NCBI GenBank assembly: GCA_965205015.1 | Contig: OZ242029.1 | Coordinates: forward strand, 4,160,001-4,224,000 | Origin: Candidatus Poribacteria bacterium | GTDB taxonomy: Bacteria > Poribacteria > WGA-4E > WGA-3G | Direction: 5' to 3' | Length of the DNA: 64,000 nucleotides | Shown here: positions 19,462 to 28,312 of the stretch, in pieces | Position numbering within the stretch: position 1 is the stretch's first letter | How the letters are laid out: every line of letters starts with the position of its first letter | Notes under the pieces: generated by a model | The model's database searches: none | Told to the model about the DNA's origin: nothing | What the model saw: the letters and a program-made list of their open reading frames with translations, nothing else | Made by a program: the position numbers and the translations under genes

Positions 19462-19731
19462 GGGATTGAGATTTCATTAGCACAGAGAGGGCGCCCTTGG
19501 GAGAACGGATATGCGGAAAGACTTATCCGTACCCTCAAGGAGGAAGAAGTTCACCTCAATGACTATGAGGACATCCATGAAGCGAGAACCCGTATTGGGC
19601 AGTTTATTGAACACGTGTATCATCACAAACGCCCTCACTCGGCGTTAGAGTATTTGATGCCTATGGAATTTCAGAAACAAAACTTGTCTTAACTTTACGG
19701 AATTTCGGCCCTAATAAGCGTTGGCACTTCA
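19462..19731 (+). mobile_element. IS3-family remnant: transposase 3' end and right terminus
   Basis: 19462-19692 translates GIEISLAQRGRPWENGYAERLIRTLKEEEV...YHHKRPHSALEYLMPMEF*, followed by about 40 bp ending in CA. The 5' part is absent. Confidence 0.85.
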
Positions 19732-20060
19732 CGCAGGCATTTTGGGAAATCGGTATGAAAGAGACAGCACAACCGCTTTGGTTGTCCGCTGCTACATACG
19801 AGGAACATATCGCACCGATGCTTGATGCCTTGGGGCGAGAGTTAGAAGGGGCGATGCATCGGATTAGCGCGGCATCGTGTTATGAGAAGGCGGGGGATCT
19901 GAGTCGAGCCGTGAACCTGTATCGTGCGGCACTGTCAGGTCCGTTGTGTGAAGATACGCGGGAAGAGGTTGAAAATATGCTGAGTGCTTGTCTCATTACG
20001 TTGAATCACCAGCCATCGGAAAACACTTTTTCTATACACCTGTCGCCCCGCTGGGGCTAA
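19732..20060 (+). pseudogene. 5'-truncated TPR-like helical protein
   Basis: Begins at the IS end in mid-gene (QAFWEIGMKETAQ...); the matching N-terminus occurs at 22397. Confidence 0.6.
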
Positions 20061-20388
20061 GATAACCCGAAAATAAAAAACACTTCTAATCCGCGAAATC
20101 TGCCTCATCCGCGAGAATCCGCGATTCAGACAGACAATCAGCAATAAGGCTTACGCATGATGCGCTTTTGTAGCATAAACTGTTAGTTTGTGCTACCAGA
20201 ACGCTGTGTTTTCCGAGAAATCTCATCTCACAGAATGGGAAATCACAGTCAAAATTGCGTAAGTCCTGACTATAATTTCTCCTTATCAACCACAAGGGTG
20301 AAACGCGAAGCAATCTCATTTTCCCTTGCGATTGATCATAGATATGCCTATAATTGATTCAAAGCCAACACCGATAGGAGAAAAAACA

Positions 20389-21831
20389 ATGAATGCCTAC
20401 ATTAACGTAGAAAACTTTGGGCCGATAGAAAAGGCAGAGATAGACCTGCGTCCACTCACTGTATTCGTCGGCGAGAGCAACACCGGCAAGACCTATCTCG
20501 CCGCGCTCATTTACGCATTATACCAACATTTTAGGGGCATCTCACAATTTCCTTGGGCAGACTCTGTTTCCTCTCATCTCAGTTTTGTTTATCGTTTCCA
20601 CTCACCAAATCGGCAGGAAGAGATAGAAAAAGAGTTGTTAAAGGCACTTGAAAAGTTAAACACGCCTGGACGTCCGTTCAAATTTGCCGATTTACCGCAG
20701 CAGATGTCTTCTCGGTCGCAGTCTATACTCACTGATCAGGAAAACTTCACATATGAACTCCAACGGTGTTTCGATCTTGAATCTGCTTCCAAGTTAATTC
20801 AATTCACCCGGAGCCAAGACAACGAAATGAAAGTTTCACTTTCAGTTGGCGAGGGCGATCAAACATATTGGGATTTTGAAGCGCGAATCACTGAATCCGC
20901 CGATCCGACTATAATCGGGCACATCAATCCAGATATGATTCTCCTCAACGCAAAGGATCCAATGCGTAAGACTGAATTCAATGAAACATCCGATGTTGAA
21001 CGTCTATTTCAGACTTTAAGCGGGCGACGCTGGCGAACAGTGGATTCATACTACTTGCCTGCCGCTCGAAGCGGTATCATGGAAAGCCGAGACGTACTTG
21101 CCACTGCCCTCATCAAGCGAGCGACGCGCATCGGTTTAGATCGCCTTGAAGTCTCCACATTTTCCGGAATGATAGCAGATTTTCTGGAGCAAATTTTCCA
21201 ATACAAGGAACGCAAGAGATCCTCAAGCAAAATAAGTCGCGTCGCTGAACAACTGGAGACGGAACTGCTTGAGGGTAAAATAGAGGTTAAACGCCACTCG
21301 CCAGAAGCGTATCCAGAATTCCTTTACCGTCCAGATCAAGCGAAAGAAGGTTTACGGATGAGCCATTCCTCCGCCATGGTGTCCGAGCTTGCACCTTTAG
21401 TCCTCTTTCTGCGAGGTATCGTTAAACAGGGTGACCTACTCATTATTGAAGAACCTGAGTCCCACCTGCACCCAGGTGCCCAAACCAAAATCGCCCAAAC
21501 CTTTGCCCGTTTGGTCCGAGCCGGTGTTAACATTCTTATGACAACACACAGCAACTATCTCCTCCAACAAATCGGGAACCTCATTCGCGAAGGTGAATTG
21601 CGGAAACAGGGAGAATCCACAGATGAATCAAAAGACTGGCTCAAGGAGGAAGAGGTCGGGGCGTGGTCATTTCATAAGAATAAGCCCGTCACAGAACTCT
21701 TATTCGACCTTGTTGGAGGTATAGAACCCGAAGATCACTTAGATATAGCAGAGGATCTCTATAACCGTTCCGCAGGACTCCAAAATAGAATTGAAGAAAC
21801 CAAAGGGAGAGACGCCGTTGAATCTGAATAA
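20389..21831 (+). CDS. ABC-type/AAA ATPase (AAA_15/AAA_21-like)
   Basis: VENFGPI, Walker A GESNTGKT, YLPAARSG, Walker B IIEEPESHLHP and TTHS; AGGAG RBS. Confidence 0.88.
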   Translation: MNAYINVENFGPIEKAEIDLRPLTVFVGESNTGKTYLAALIYALYQHFRGISQFPWADSVSSHLSFVYRFHSPNRQEEIEKELLKALEKLNTPGRPFKFADLPQQMSSRSQSILTDQENFTYELQRCFDLESASKLIQFTRSQDNEMKVSLSVGEGDQTYWDFEARITESADPTIIGHINPDMILLNAKDPMRKTEFNETSDVERLFQTLSGRRWRTVDSYYLPAARSGIMESRDVLATALIKRATRIGLDRLEVSTFSGMIADFLEQIFQYKERKRSSSKISRVAEQLETELLEGKIEVKRHSPEAYPEFLYRPDQAKEGLRMSHSSAMVSELAPLVLFLRGIVKQGDLLIIEEPESHLHPGAQTKIAQTFARLVRAGVNILMTTHSNYLLQQIGNLIREGELRKQGESTDESKDWLKEEEVGAWSFHKNKPVTELLFDLVGGIEPEDHLDIAEDLYNRSAGLQNRIEETKGRDAVESE

Positions 21832-22315
21832 AGGGTTTACCCACATTCAAAAGCAGGTATCTCCAAACAGTCTCACCAAGTCATGCAGCGGAGAAGGATG
21901 TCGAGTATACCTTACCGACATACCCAGGAAGCGGATCGTGATAAATGTAGAGAAAGAATTTGACGCACGCCGAGACAACCGAAAAAGGTCCGACCGTCTG
22001 ATGTTTTACGGGCACAAAAACACCTTCGTCGTCGTTCCAATTGAACTCAAAGGTCGTGGTAAAGGCGAAGAATCACAAGTTCTTGAGCAGTTGAAAAACA
22101 GTTTAGAATTTGCCGCTACCCTCGTGCAGGATGTGAAAAAAACCGTCTACGTTCCAATTGTGCTAACCAAGAACGGCATTAGATGGACGAATCCAAGACG
22201 TCAAAACCAAGAACTTAAACTGACATTCAAAGGTAAAACTTTGAGAGTTCTGACAGGGCGTTGTGGTAGACCGAAGAACCTCGCCAATTTACTGTCCAAC
22301 GCGGGTTATCTCTAA
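21818..22315 (+). CDS. small basic protein, putative PD-(D/E)xK nuclease, coupled to the ATPase
   Basis: KRSDRLMF...VPIELKG...QL pattern; TTG start overlaps the ATPase 3' end. Confidence 0.6.
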   Translation: MNLNKGFTHIQKQVSPNSLTKSCSGEGCRVYLTDIPRKRIVINVEKEFDARRDNRKRSDRLMFYGHKNTFVVVPIELKGRGKGEESQVLEQLKNSLEFAATLVQDVKKTVYVPIVLTKNGIRWTNPRRQNQELKLTFKGKTLRVLTGRCGRPKNLANLLSNAGYL

Positions 22316-22396
22316 TCTTAATAGGACTTACACATTTCCTCTTAAAGAGTGGACGATTAGAGGTAATGAATTATCGGAACTTCAAGGAATAAGCAC

Positions 22397-22520
22397 ATGC
22401 CCAACGGAAAAACTAAATCCTACACAAAGACCCTCAAAGAGACGATGAATCGAAAATCAGAGATCCTCTCGAAGGCACAAGCATTTTGGAAAATTGGCAT
22501 GAAGGAAACGGCACAACTAA
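22397..22520 (+). pseudogene. 5' fragment of the same gene family as 19732-20060
   Basis: MPNGKTKSYTKTLKETMNRKSEILSKAQAFWKIGMKETAQ, cut by the repeat starting at 22521. Confidence 0.6.
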
Positions 22521-22690
22521 AATCCACGTCATCCATGTCATCCGCGAGAATCCGCGATTCAGACAGCAATTGAATGCCTCTGGAGATTCCGCTAATTGAC
22601 GATTTTCCCTTGCTTTGTGCAGAAAATTGTGGCAAAATATGTAAAGATTCTGGGTTTTCTACGCGAAGGAACTTACAACAGAAAAAGGTT

Positions 22691-23134
22691 ATGTTGAAAA
22701 CAATTCTGTGTCTCTCTGCGTGTTTGTGCGTGATGGCGGTGTCAGCTCAGGCAGAGTTAACATCCCAAGACCTCGATAAGATCCGTTTGATTATCCACGA
22801 GGCAAACGCCCCGATAAAAGCCGAGATAGCTTCTGTAAAAGAGGAACTCTCAAAAGATATTGTGTCCGTGAAAGAGGAACTCTCAAAAGATATCGCCTCT
22901 GTGAAAGACGCGCTTGCAAAAGAGATCGGATCCACAAAAAATGAGGTGTCAGAGGTGCGTGGCAGACTTGATGGACTTGAAAAGATGATGACGTGGCTAA
23001 TGGTTTTGATCGGAGTTGTCGTCGGTATTCCACAGATTATCATGGCATGGCGTAGCAAAAAGGATCGGGCCCAAGAAGAGGAGATTCAAGAACTTAGACA
23101 GGAAATAGAAATGCTCAAACAACAGCGGACGTAA
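22691..23134 (+). CDS. coiled-coil protein with signal peptide, 11-aa repeats and a C-terminal TM helix
   Basis: IASVKEELSKD/IVSVKEELSKD/IASVKDALAKE (33-bp tandem units); TM segment WLMVLIGVVVGIPQII. Confidence 0.75.
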   Translation: MLKTILCLSACLCVMAVSAQAELTSQDLDKIRLIIHEANAPIKAEIASVKEELSKDIVSVKEELSKDIASVKDALAKEIGSTKNEVSEVRGRLDGLEKMMTWLMVLIGVVVGIPQIIMAWRSKKDRAQEEEIQELRQEIEMLKQQRT

Positions 23135-23160
23135 GCCTGTGATCCGGAGAATGAGACGAT

Positions 23161-23760
23161 TTACGGATGAGTGGTGGCTTTGAAGACAGAATCAACCGCT
23201 CCAAAAAGTGTGGGTAAATTCGCCAATGCAAAGTCCGTTCTGTTTTGGGTAAAGGTGTCGCCGATAAGCCGTCCAAATTGCCACAATGTTCCATCGGTGA
23301 CAATGCCGTAGATAGGGAAACCAAGATCATCATTTATCTTCTGGGCGGCGACTAACTCCGCCAGACATTGCCCCCACCCTTGCTCAAAGTCGTTTTTTTT
23401 CGCCTCAACGAGCAGTATCAACGGACTTCCAACAACGGTCTTGCCCAATTCGGATCGGGTAGAGATAAAATAATCGGGTGTTCCGTTCAAGATGTCATCG
23501 TAAGCGATGGATTGTTTTATCCAGAGTGCGTATTGATCGGCATAAGCTTTATAACTCTCCTTCAAAACAGGAAAGATAATTGCTTCACACCGTGCCGCTT
23601 CAGAGGCGAAGACATGAATACGTTCCCGGGTAAATTCAAAGTCTCGCAGGAATTCCGCTGAAGGGCTTGACGGTTCGGCTTTAACAAAGTCATCTTCAGC
23701 GTATATGATTCCGAATTTCTCCTGCACTTCAGAGATTGTCTTGAAATCGCTAAATGCCAC
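23161..23760 (-). CDS. PD-(D/E)xK-fold protein (HsdR N-terminal-like)
   Basis: GTPDY...LVEAKK...GWGQCLAEL...YGIVTDG.LWQF; GGAGGGAG RBS. Confidence 0.75.
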   Translation of the reverse strand: MAFSDFKTISEVQEKFGIIYAEDDFVKAEPSSPSAEFLRDFEFTRERIHVFASEAARCEAIIFPVLKESYKAYADQYALWIKQSIAYDDILNGTPDYFISTRSELGKTVVGSPLILLVEAKKNDFEQGWGQCLAELVAAQKINDDLGFPIYGIVTDGTLWQFGRLIGDTFTQNRTDFALANLPTLFGAVDSVFKATTHP

Positions 23761-23775
23761 GGTTCTCCCTCCACA

Positions 23776-24345
23776 TTAAAATGTGACGCGTCTATAAATG
23801 TCGCGGAGCGGAAGTGCACAATTGATAGAAAAAAGCGGTAACACATCTGTAAGTTTACGGAATTCCGTTGAAATCCACTCCGTTTCTTGACGAAGGTAGT
23901 GCTCTACGCGCACTTTATCTTGTGAAATCAGGCTGTATTCTTGCAAGGCGGGAATCTGCCGATAACGTGCGAATTTTTCACCTCGATCCTCGGCTTCGGT
24001 TGAAGGTGAGAGTACCTCCACAACAATACGCGGATTGAGGAGCGTGTCAAAAACGTCGTCTTCAAAACGGAGCTCCTTGCAGGCAACGACCACATCTGGA
24101 TAGAAATAGGAAGTTGTCGTGCCAGCCTTGACACGCATGTCACCAATGAAGGCTTCACACTCACTATCGACTAATTGATTGGAAATCCCATTAAACACAT
24201 CCCCCGTGATGCGATTGTGCGCTCGACTGGCACCAGACATTGCGACTATTTCTCCTTTGATGAACTCATTTTTGAAGGGTGCTTTGCGCTCAAGGGTGAT
24301 GTACTCTTTGGGGGTTAAGCGAGTTCGCGCAGCAGCAGATACCAT
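23776..24345 (-). CDS. Uma2 family endonuclease
   Basis: MSGASRAHN, FYPDVVV, VEVLSPST and DRGEKF motifs. Confidence 0.92.
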   Translation of the reverse strand: MVSAAARTRLTPKEYITLERKAPFKNEFIKGEIVAMSGASRAHNRITGDVFNGISNQLVDSECEAFIGDMRVKAGTTTSYFYPDVVVACKELRFEDDVFDTLLNPRIVVEVLSPSTEAEDRGEKFARYRQIPALQEYSLISQDKVRVEHYLRQETEWISTEFRKLTDVLPLFSINCALPLRDIYRRVTF

Positions 24346-24452
24346 AGTTTCCTCCACGAATCTGATAGCATTCCTAATATATTAACTCAAATTCACTGTG
24401 AATATTATAATAGGAAATCTATTGCAAAATCAACGAAATTCCGTGAATTGTT

Positions 24453-25907
24453 TCAATCCAACGGGAACAACGGGCGGCGGATGTCGTGGTATTCAAAATG
24501 TAGCGGGTTCACGGCAGTCAATCCGGGTGTATCTACCTCGATAATCTGTCCTGCGATGGGTTCGTAGGCGGCGCGGTAGGCGACCGCGGCTTTGACGACA
24601 ATCATCTGCATCTCGGTCGGGTCGATACCGAGACTGTAGAGCTGCTGGAGACTAAAGGGTGTCTGTCGCCGACTCGTCAGGACAACCAGAGAATCCCCAA
24701 CGGCGACGACAGTCGTCAACCCCTGATCGTGGTATCTCACGCCACCGTGCCGAGGCTGCGTTTCTATGTACTGTCCATCGTGGATGAGCCGGACAGTGCC
24801 GCGAATCGGGACGGGATCGCCGTGTCGGTCGTCCGCTTTTCCACCGACTTCGAGGGAAACCGTCCCACCGACTCCGGTTTGAATGCACGTTTGAACAGCC
24901 TCTGGATCGTAGACGACCACGACGAATCCGGATGCTTCCTGTCGGACCAACTCCCCTAAAATGAAAGTGCTATCTCCGGGTGAGCCACCACCGATGTTAT
25001 CCCCCATTTCAACAAGAATAACGGGATGGTTTTCAGAGTGGATGGCTTGCTCGACTGCCTGCTCAGCATTGGGAAGATCGAGCGTAAGGTGTCCACGGAC
25101 ATTCCAGAGCATGTCGGAGAGGCGATCGGCTTCTGTCTGAGCGAGTTCTGGGTCGTTATCAGTGACGACGACGAAAGCGGGTCCCGCCTCATGGACATCG
25201 GCGTACGGATAACCCACGGCGACGCTCCCGACGAGGATATTCGGATTTTCTTCTAACTGCGTCGCGGCGTTGAGGATAGGTTCCATCGGTGGCACGCTGG
25301 TGACATGATACAGGATGTTGAGGAGCATCGGCGGCTTGGCGAGTGCTTGCGTCGGTGTAACCTCACCTCGGAGTATCCGCATCATCAATTCCGCTGCCTG
25401 TAGTCCACGTTGACGTTGATCGATGTGGGGTGTTGTCTTGTAAATCACGAGGGCGGTCGATTCGGTGACCATCTGCTCGGAGACGTTGGCGTGCTGGTCA
25501 AGCGTGACAACAATCGGAAAGTCCCGCCCGAATGCATCCCGGAGCCGTCGTAAGACTTCGCCATCGCCATCAGGGTAGCTCTCAACGGCCATCGCGCCGT
25601 GTAGTGCGAGGAGGAGTCCTTCGTGTTTCGGTGCGGCTTTGAGGTGCTGGATTAATATCTCGGTCATCCGGTCGAATACATCGTCCGTCACACGTCCTGC
25701 AGGCATGGCAGTCGCCATAAACGTTGGATAAATCGTATAATCGTATTGTGTCGCGCCTTGAATGAATCCGCTTATTTCGTGGTGTGCTTCTCCCCACGTC
25801 TTTATTATATTACTGGCATGGGTTTGAGAGAACGCAGCGGCATCGGTGGGGGTGCCGCTAAATGTGTTCGATTCATGCATGATTCCGGCGATAGCAAGTG
25901 TTGTCAT
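24453..25907 (-). CDS. M81 family metallopeptidase (MlrC-like)
   Basis: HESNTFS, LALHGAM, LDQHAN, PHID and DNIGGGSPGD motifs. Confidence 0.92.
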   Translation of the reverse strand: MTTLAIAGIMHESNTFSGTPTDAAAFSQTHASNIIKTWGEAHHEISGFIQGATQYDYTIYPTFMATAMPAGRVTDDVFDRMTEILIQHLKAAPKHEGLLLALHGAMAVESYPDGDGEVLRRLRDAFGRDFPIVVTLDQHANVSEQMVTESTALVIYKTTPHIDQRQRGLQAAELMMRILRGEVTPTQALAKPPMLLNILYHVTSVPPMEPILNAATQLEENPNILVGSVAVGYPYADVHEAGPAFVVVTDNDPELAQTEADRLSDMLWNVRGHLTLDLPNAEQAVEQAIHSENHPVILVEMGDNIGGGSPGDSTFILGELVRQEASGFVVVVYDPEAVQTCIQTGVGGTVSLEVGGKADDRHGDPVPIRGTVRLIHDGQYIETQPRHGGVRYHDQGLTTVVAVGDSLVVLTSRRQTPFSLQQLYSLGIDPTEMQMIVVKAAVAYRAAYEPIAGQIIEVDTPGLTAVNPLHFEYHDIRRPLFPLD

Positions 25908-25942
25908 GATAGTTCGTTTAACCTCTTAGTGGGAAAGTTATC

Positions 25943-26216
25943 GTAGGGAATCAACGCTGAATGCGCGTATGGCATTCAGCGGGGTTGAACGGATACCACC
26001 AAAATCGTAGAAACAATGGAGGAACGAAACTTTCTCCTAATACGCCACATCAAATAGGGAGCAAGTGAAACCCAACGCTCTTCCTGTGAGGTATTCGGAA
26101 ATATGGCAGTATGACGTTGGGTTTCGCTATATCGCTGACTGATATCATCACATAGAATGTTGAATATGCTTGGGGGCCAGCATCGCCTTTCTTAGTTCTG
26201 CTCAACCCAACCTACG
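25943..26216. repeat. composite GTAG-type REP/MITE-like element
   Basis: GAAACCCAACG...CGTTGGGTTTC inverted pair and GCTCAACCCAACCTAC terminus; the same right half recurs at about 49731-49834. Confidence 0.7.
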
Positions 26217-26347
26217 GGCTTTTCTCCTGATAACTGAAAACTAAAAAATGCCTTGACGGATACAGTGGAAATAGTGTATCATTTAACAATCTTTAAGTCT
26301 CCTATTTTCTAACAGCAGGATAAGACGATTACTCACGATTGGAAAGC

Positions 26348-27061
26348 ATGACGCAGAACGGCACTCGGAAGAATCAGATCGAAGAAGCAATAGAAGTCGC
26401 CGCCGAAGCCCATCAAGGGCAATATCGGAAAGGCACTGACACGCCCTATATCACACACCCTTATGCCGTTGGGCTCATTTTAATGGAAGCAGGATGTCCT
26501 GAAGCCGTGATTATTGCAGGGATCCTGCACGATACCGTCGAGGACACCGATCTGACCCTGGAGTTTATTCGAGACCGTTTTGGCGACGTTATCGCAGACA
26601 TCGTCGAAGGATGTTCAGAGAATAAAGCGTTGCGGTGGCGAGCGCGCAAGACTGAACGGATTGAGGCTTTACGCACAGCAAGCCCCGAAGTCTGCATCGT
26701 AACATGCGCCGACAAACTTCATAACCTACGCACTATTATTTCAGAGTACGATGTCATCGGTGATGCCGTGTGGGATCGGTTCCACGGTGGTGTCGAGGAT
26801 CAAGCGTGGTATTACCGCAGTATTCTCGGTGCAATCGCTGATCGAGACACGACTTTACAAAAAAGCGGAGTTCGTGCTAAACTGTCTGAACATGACAGCG
26901 GTGTAAACACCCACTCCGATGGCAATGACACCGTACCTCAACAAGAGCCCTCCGATAGCAACGACGCTCGGAAGACTCCCACAGCAATAGATGCTATAAA
27001 TCCTCAACTCTTTCGACAGTTTCAGCAGGCTGTGGCATATCTATTTGATGGTGATTCGTAA
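26348..27061 (+). CDS. HD-domain protein, small (p)ppGpp hydrolase-like
   Basis: AHQGQYRKG..PYITHP, ILHDTVEDT and ADKLHN motifs; low-complexity insert near the C-terminus. Confidence 0.85.
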   Translation: MTQNGTRKNQIEEAIEVAAEAHQGQYRKGTDTPYITHPYAVGLILMEAGCPEAVIIAGILHDTVEDTDLTLEFIRDRFGDVIADIVEGCSENKALRWRARKTERIEALRTASPEVCIVTCADKLHNLRTIISEYDVIGDAVWDRFHGGVEDQAWYYRSILGAIADRDTTLQKSGVRAKLSEHDSGVNTHSDGNDTVPQQEPSDSNDARKTPTAIDAINPQLFRQFQQAVAYLFDGDS

Positions 27062-27096
27062 ATGACGAAGCCATACCTGCAGAAAGGCGAGGTTAG

Positions 27097-27222
27097 ATGA
27101 AGTTTAAATAAATATTTCGGTAATCCTATCCCAAAAAAGACATTGTAGGGGGTTTTTGCTTGGGTGTTTCCCCAGGTCTTGTGCCTGCCCACATATTACC
27201 GAATTAAATTCTTAATCTTCAT
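27097..27222. repeat. MITE-like element with imperfect terminal inverted repeats, containing a REP
   Basis: ATGAAGTTTAA...TTCGGTAAT versus ATTACCGAA...TTAATCTTCAT. Confidence 0.55.
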
Positions 27223-27300
27223 GAAACTCGCCAGCGGAATATAAGGAGAGATTTAAGGCGGGGTTAGAAACCTCGCCAGCGGAATATAAGGAGAGACCTA

Positions 27301-28197
27301 ATGAAGATTGCGTACGCTTTTAGACGATGTGCATCGTATCCTTACAACGGCGGCGAATTACCCACCGATGCAACAGATAGACGGCGGTTTTTGGATCATG
27401 CCAAGGCGATTGGATTCGACGGAATTGAGCTTCCCGCGATGAACCTCCCTGAGACCGAAGCCAAGACGCTCCGTTTGGAACTTGAAGACGCTGGTATGCC
27501 ATGCGTTGCGATTCGTGGGGGTGGCGGTGCCGCGCATCCGCGTGTCGCTGCTGCAAACAAGCAAAGTATGATAAACGCTGTTCATTTCGCGGCGAATATC
27601 GGGGCGGGCGTTGTGAATTCCACGGTTACCACCCCACCTCGCGACCCGAACGGTAAAGGCACGTATCGCGGTGAATCCGTCTCGCAAGGGTCAAGCCGTC
27701 TCGCGAGCGCAGTGGATTATGAACGCACCGCAAAAGCCGTGAGCGAAGTCGCGGGTGTCGCTGCCAATCTGGGCGTGGAAATCTCCATAGAAATCCATCA
27801 AAACTCGATTGCGGATAACAGTTGGTCGGCACTACATCTTTTAGAATTAATCGATGCCCCAAATGTCGGTGTGAATCCCGACTTAGGTAACATCTATTGG
27901 ACTTACGATATTCCGGAGGAATCGTGCGAAGATGCGATCGCTGCGCTTGCGCCGCACGTCAACTACTGGCACTGCAAGAGTCTCTATCGTGTGCATATTC
28001 CGGAGCTGGAAACGGCTATCTATGTCCAAGCCCCGTTGCCTGACGGTGAAATCGACTACCGCTTCGCAATCGCGGCGTTACTCGAAGCCAACTACGAAGG
28101 CTATCTGGCAATCGAAGGGATACGCGATGGCGACCAGTTCCACCAAGATGGTCGGAGCGTGGCGTACGTGAAATCGGTTTTGTCGGATTTGCAGTAA
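27301..28197 (+). CDS. sugar phosphate isomerase/epimerase (TIM barrel)
   Basis: GFDGIEL, IEIH, NPDLGN, HCK, GEIDY and YEGYLAIE motifs. Confidence 0.88.
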   Translation: MKIAYAFRRCASYPYNGGELPTDATDRRRFLDHAKAIGFDGIELPAMNLPETEAKTLRLELEDAGMPCVAIRGGGGAAHPRVAAANKQSMINAVHFAANIGAGVVNSTVTTPPRDPNGKGTYRGESVSQGSSRLASAVDYERTAKAVSEVAGVAANLGVEISIEIHQNSIADNSWSALHLLELIDAPNVGVNPDLGNIYWTYDIPEESCEDAIAALAPHVNYWHCKSLYRVHIPELETAIYVQAPLPDGEIDYRFAIAALLEANYEGYLAIEGIRDGDQFHQDGRSVAYVKSVLSDLQ

Positions 28198-28215
28198 CAA
28201 TTGAGCACAAGAGAC

Positions 28216-28304
28216 GGAACGGAAGAAAGAAAAGAAAGGAAGGATGGAAGGATGGAAGAAGGGAAGGTTGGGTAACCCCCTTCCAATCTTCCGCCCTTCC
28301 AACC
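28216..28304. repeat. 8-bp-periodic GGAAGGAT/CTTCC hairpin element (family B)
   Basis: (GGAAGGAT)n...(CTTCCaat)n; relatives at 51921-52012, 53249-53330, 39476-39525 and 41887-41918. Confidence 0.8.
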
Positions 28305-28312
28305 AAATCGCT

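Noticed and set aside
15978-24345. Retron, DGR, prophage or integron in the accessory region
   Set aside because: No reverse transcriptase, integrase, structural phage genes or attC-like array was seen.
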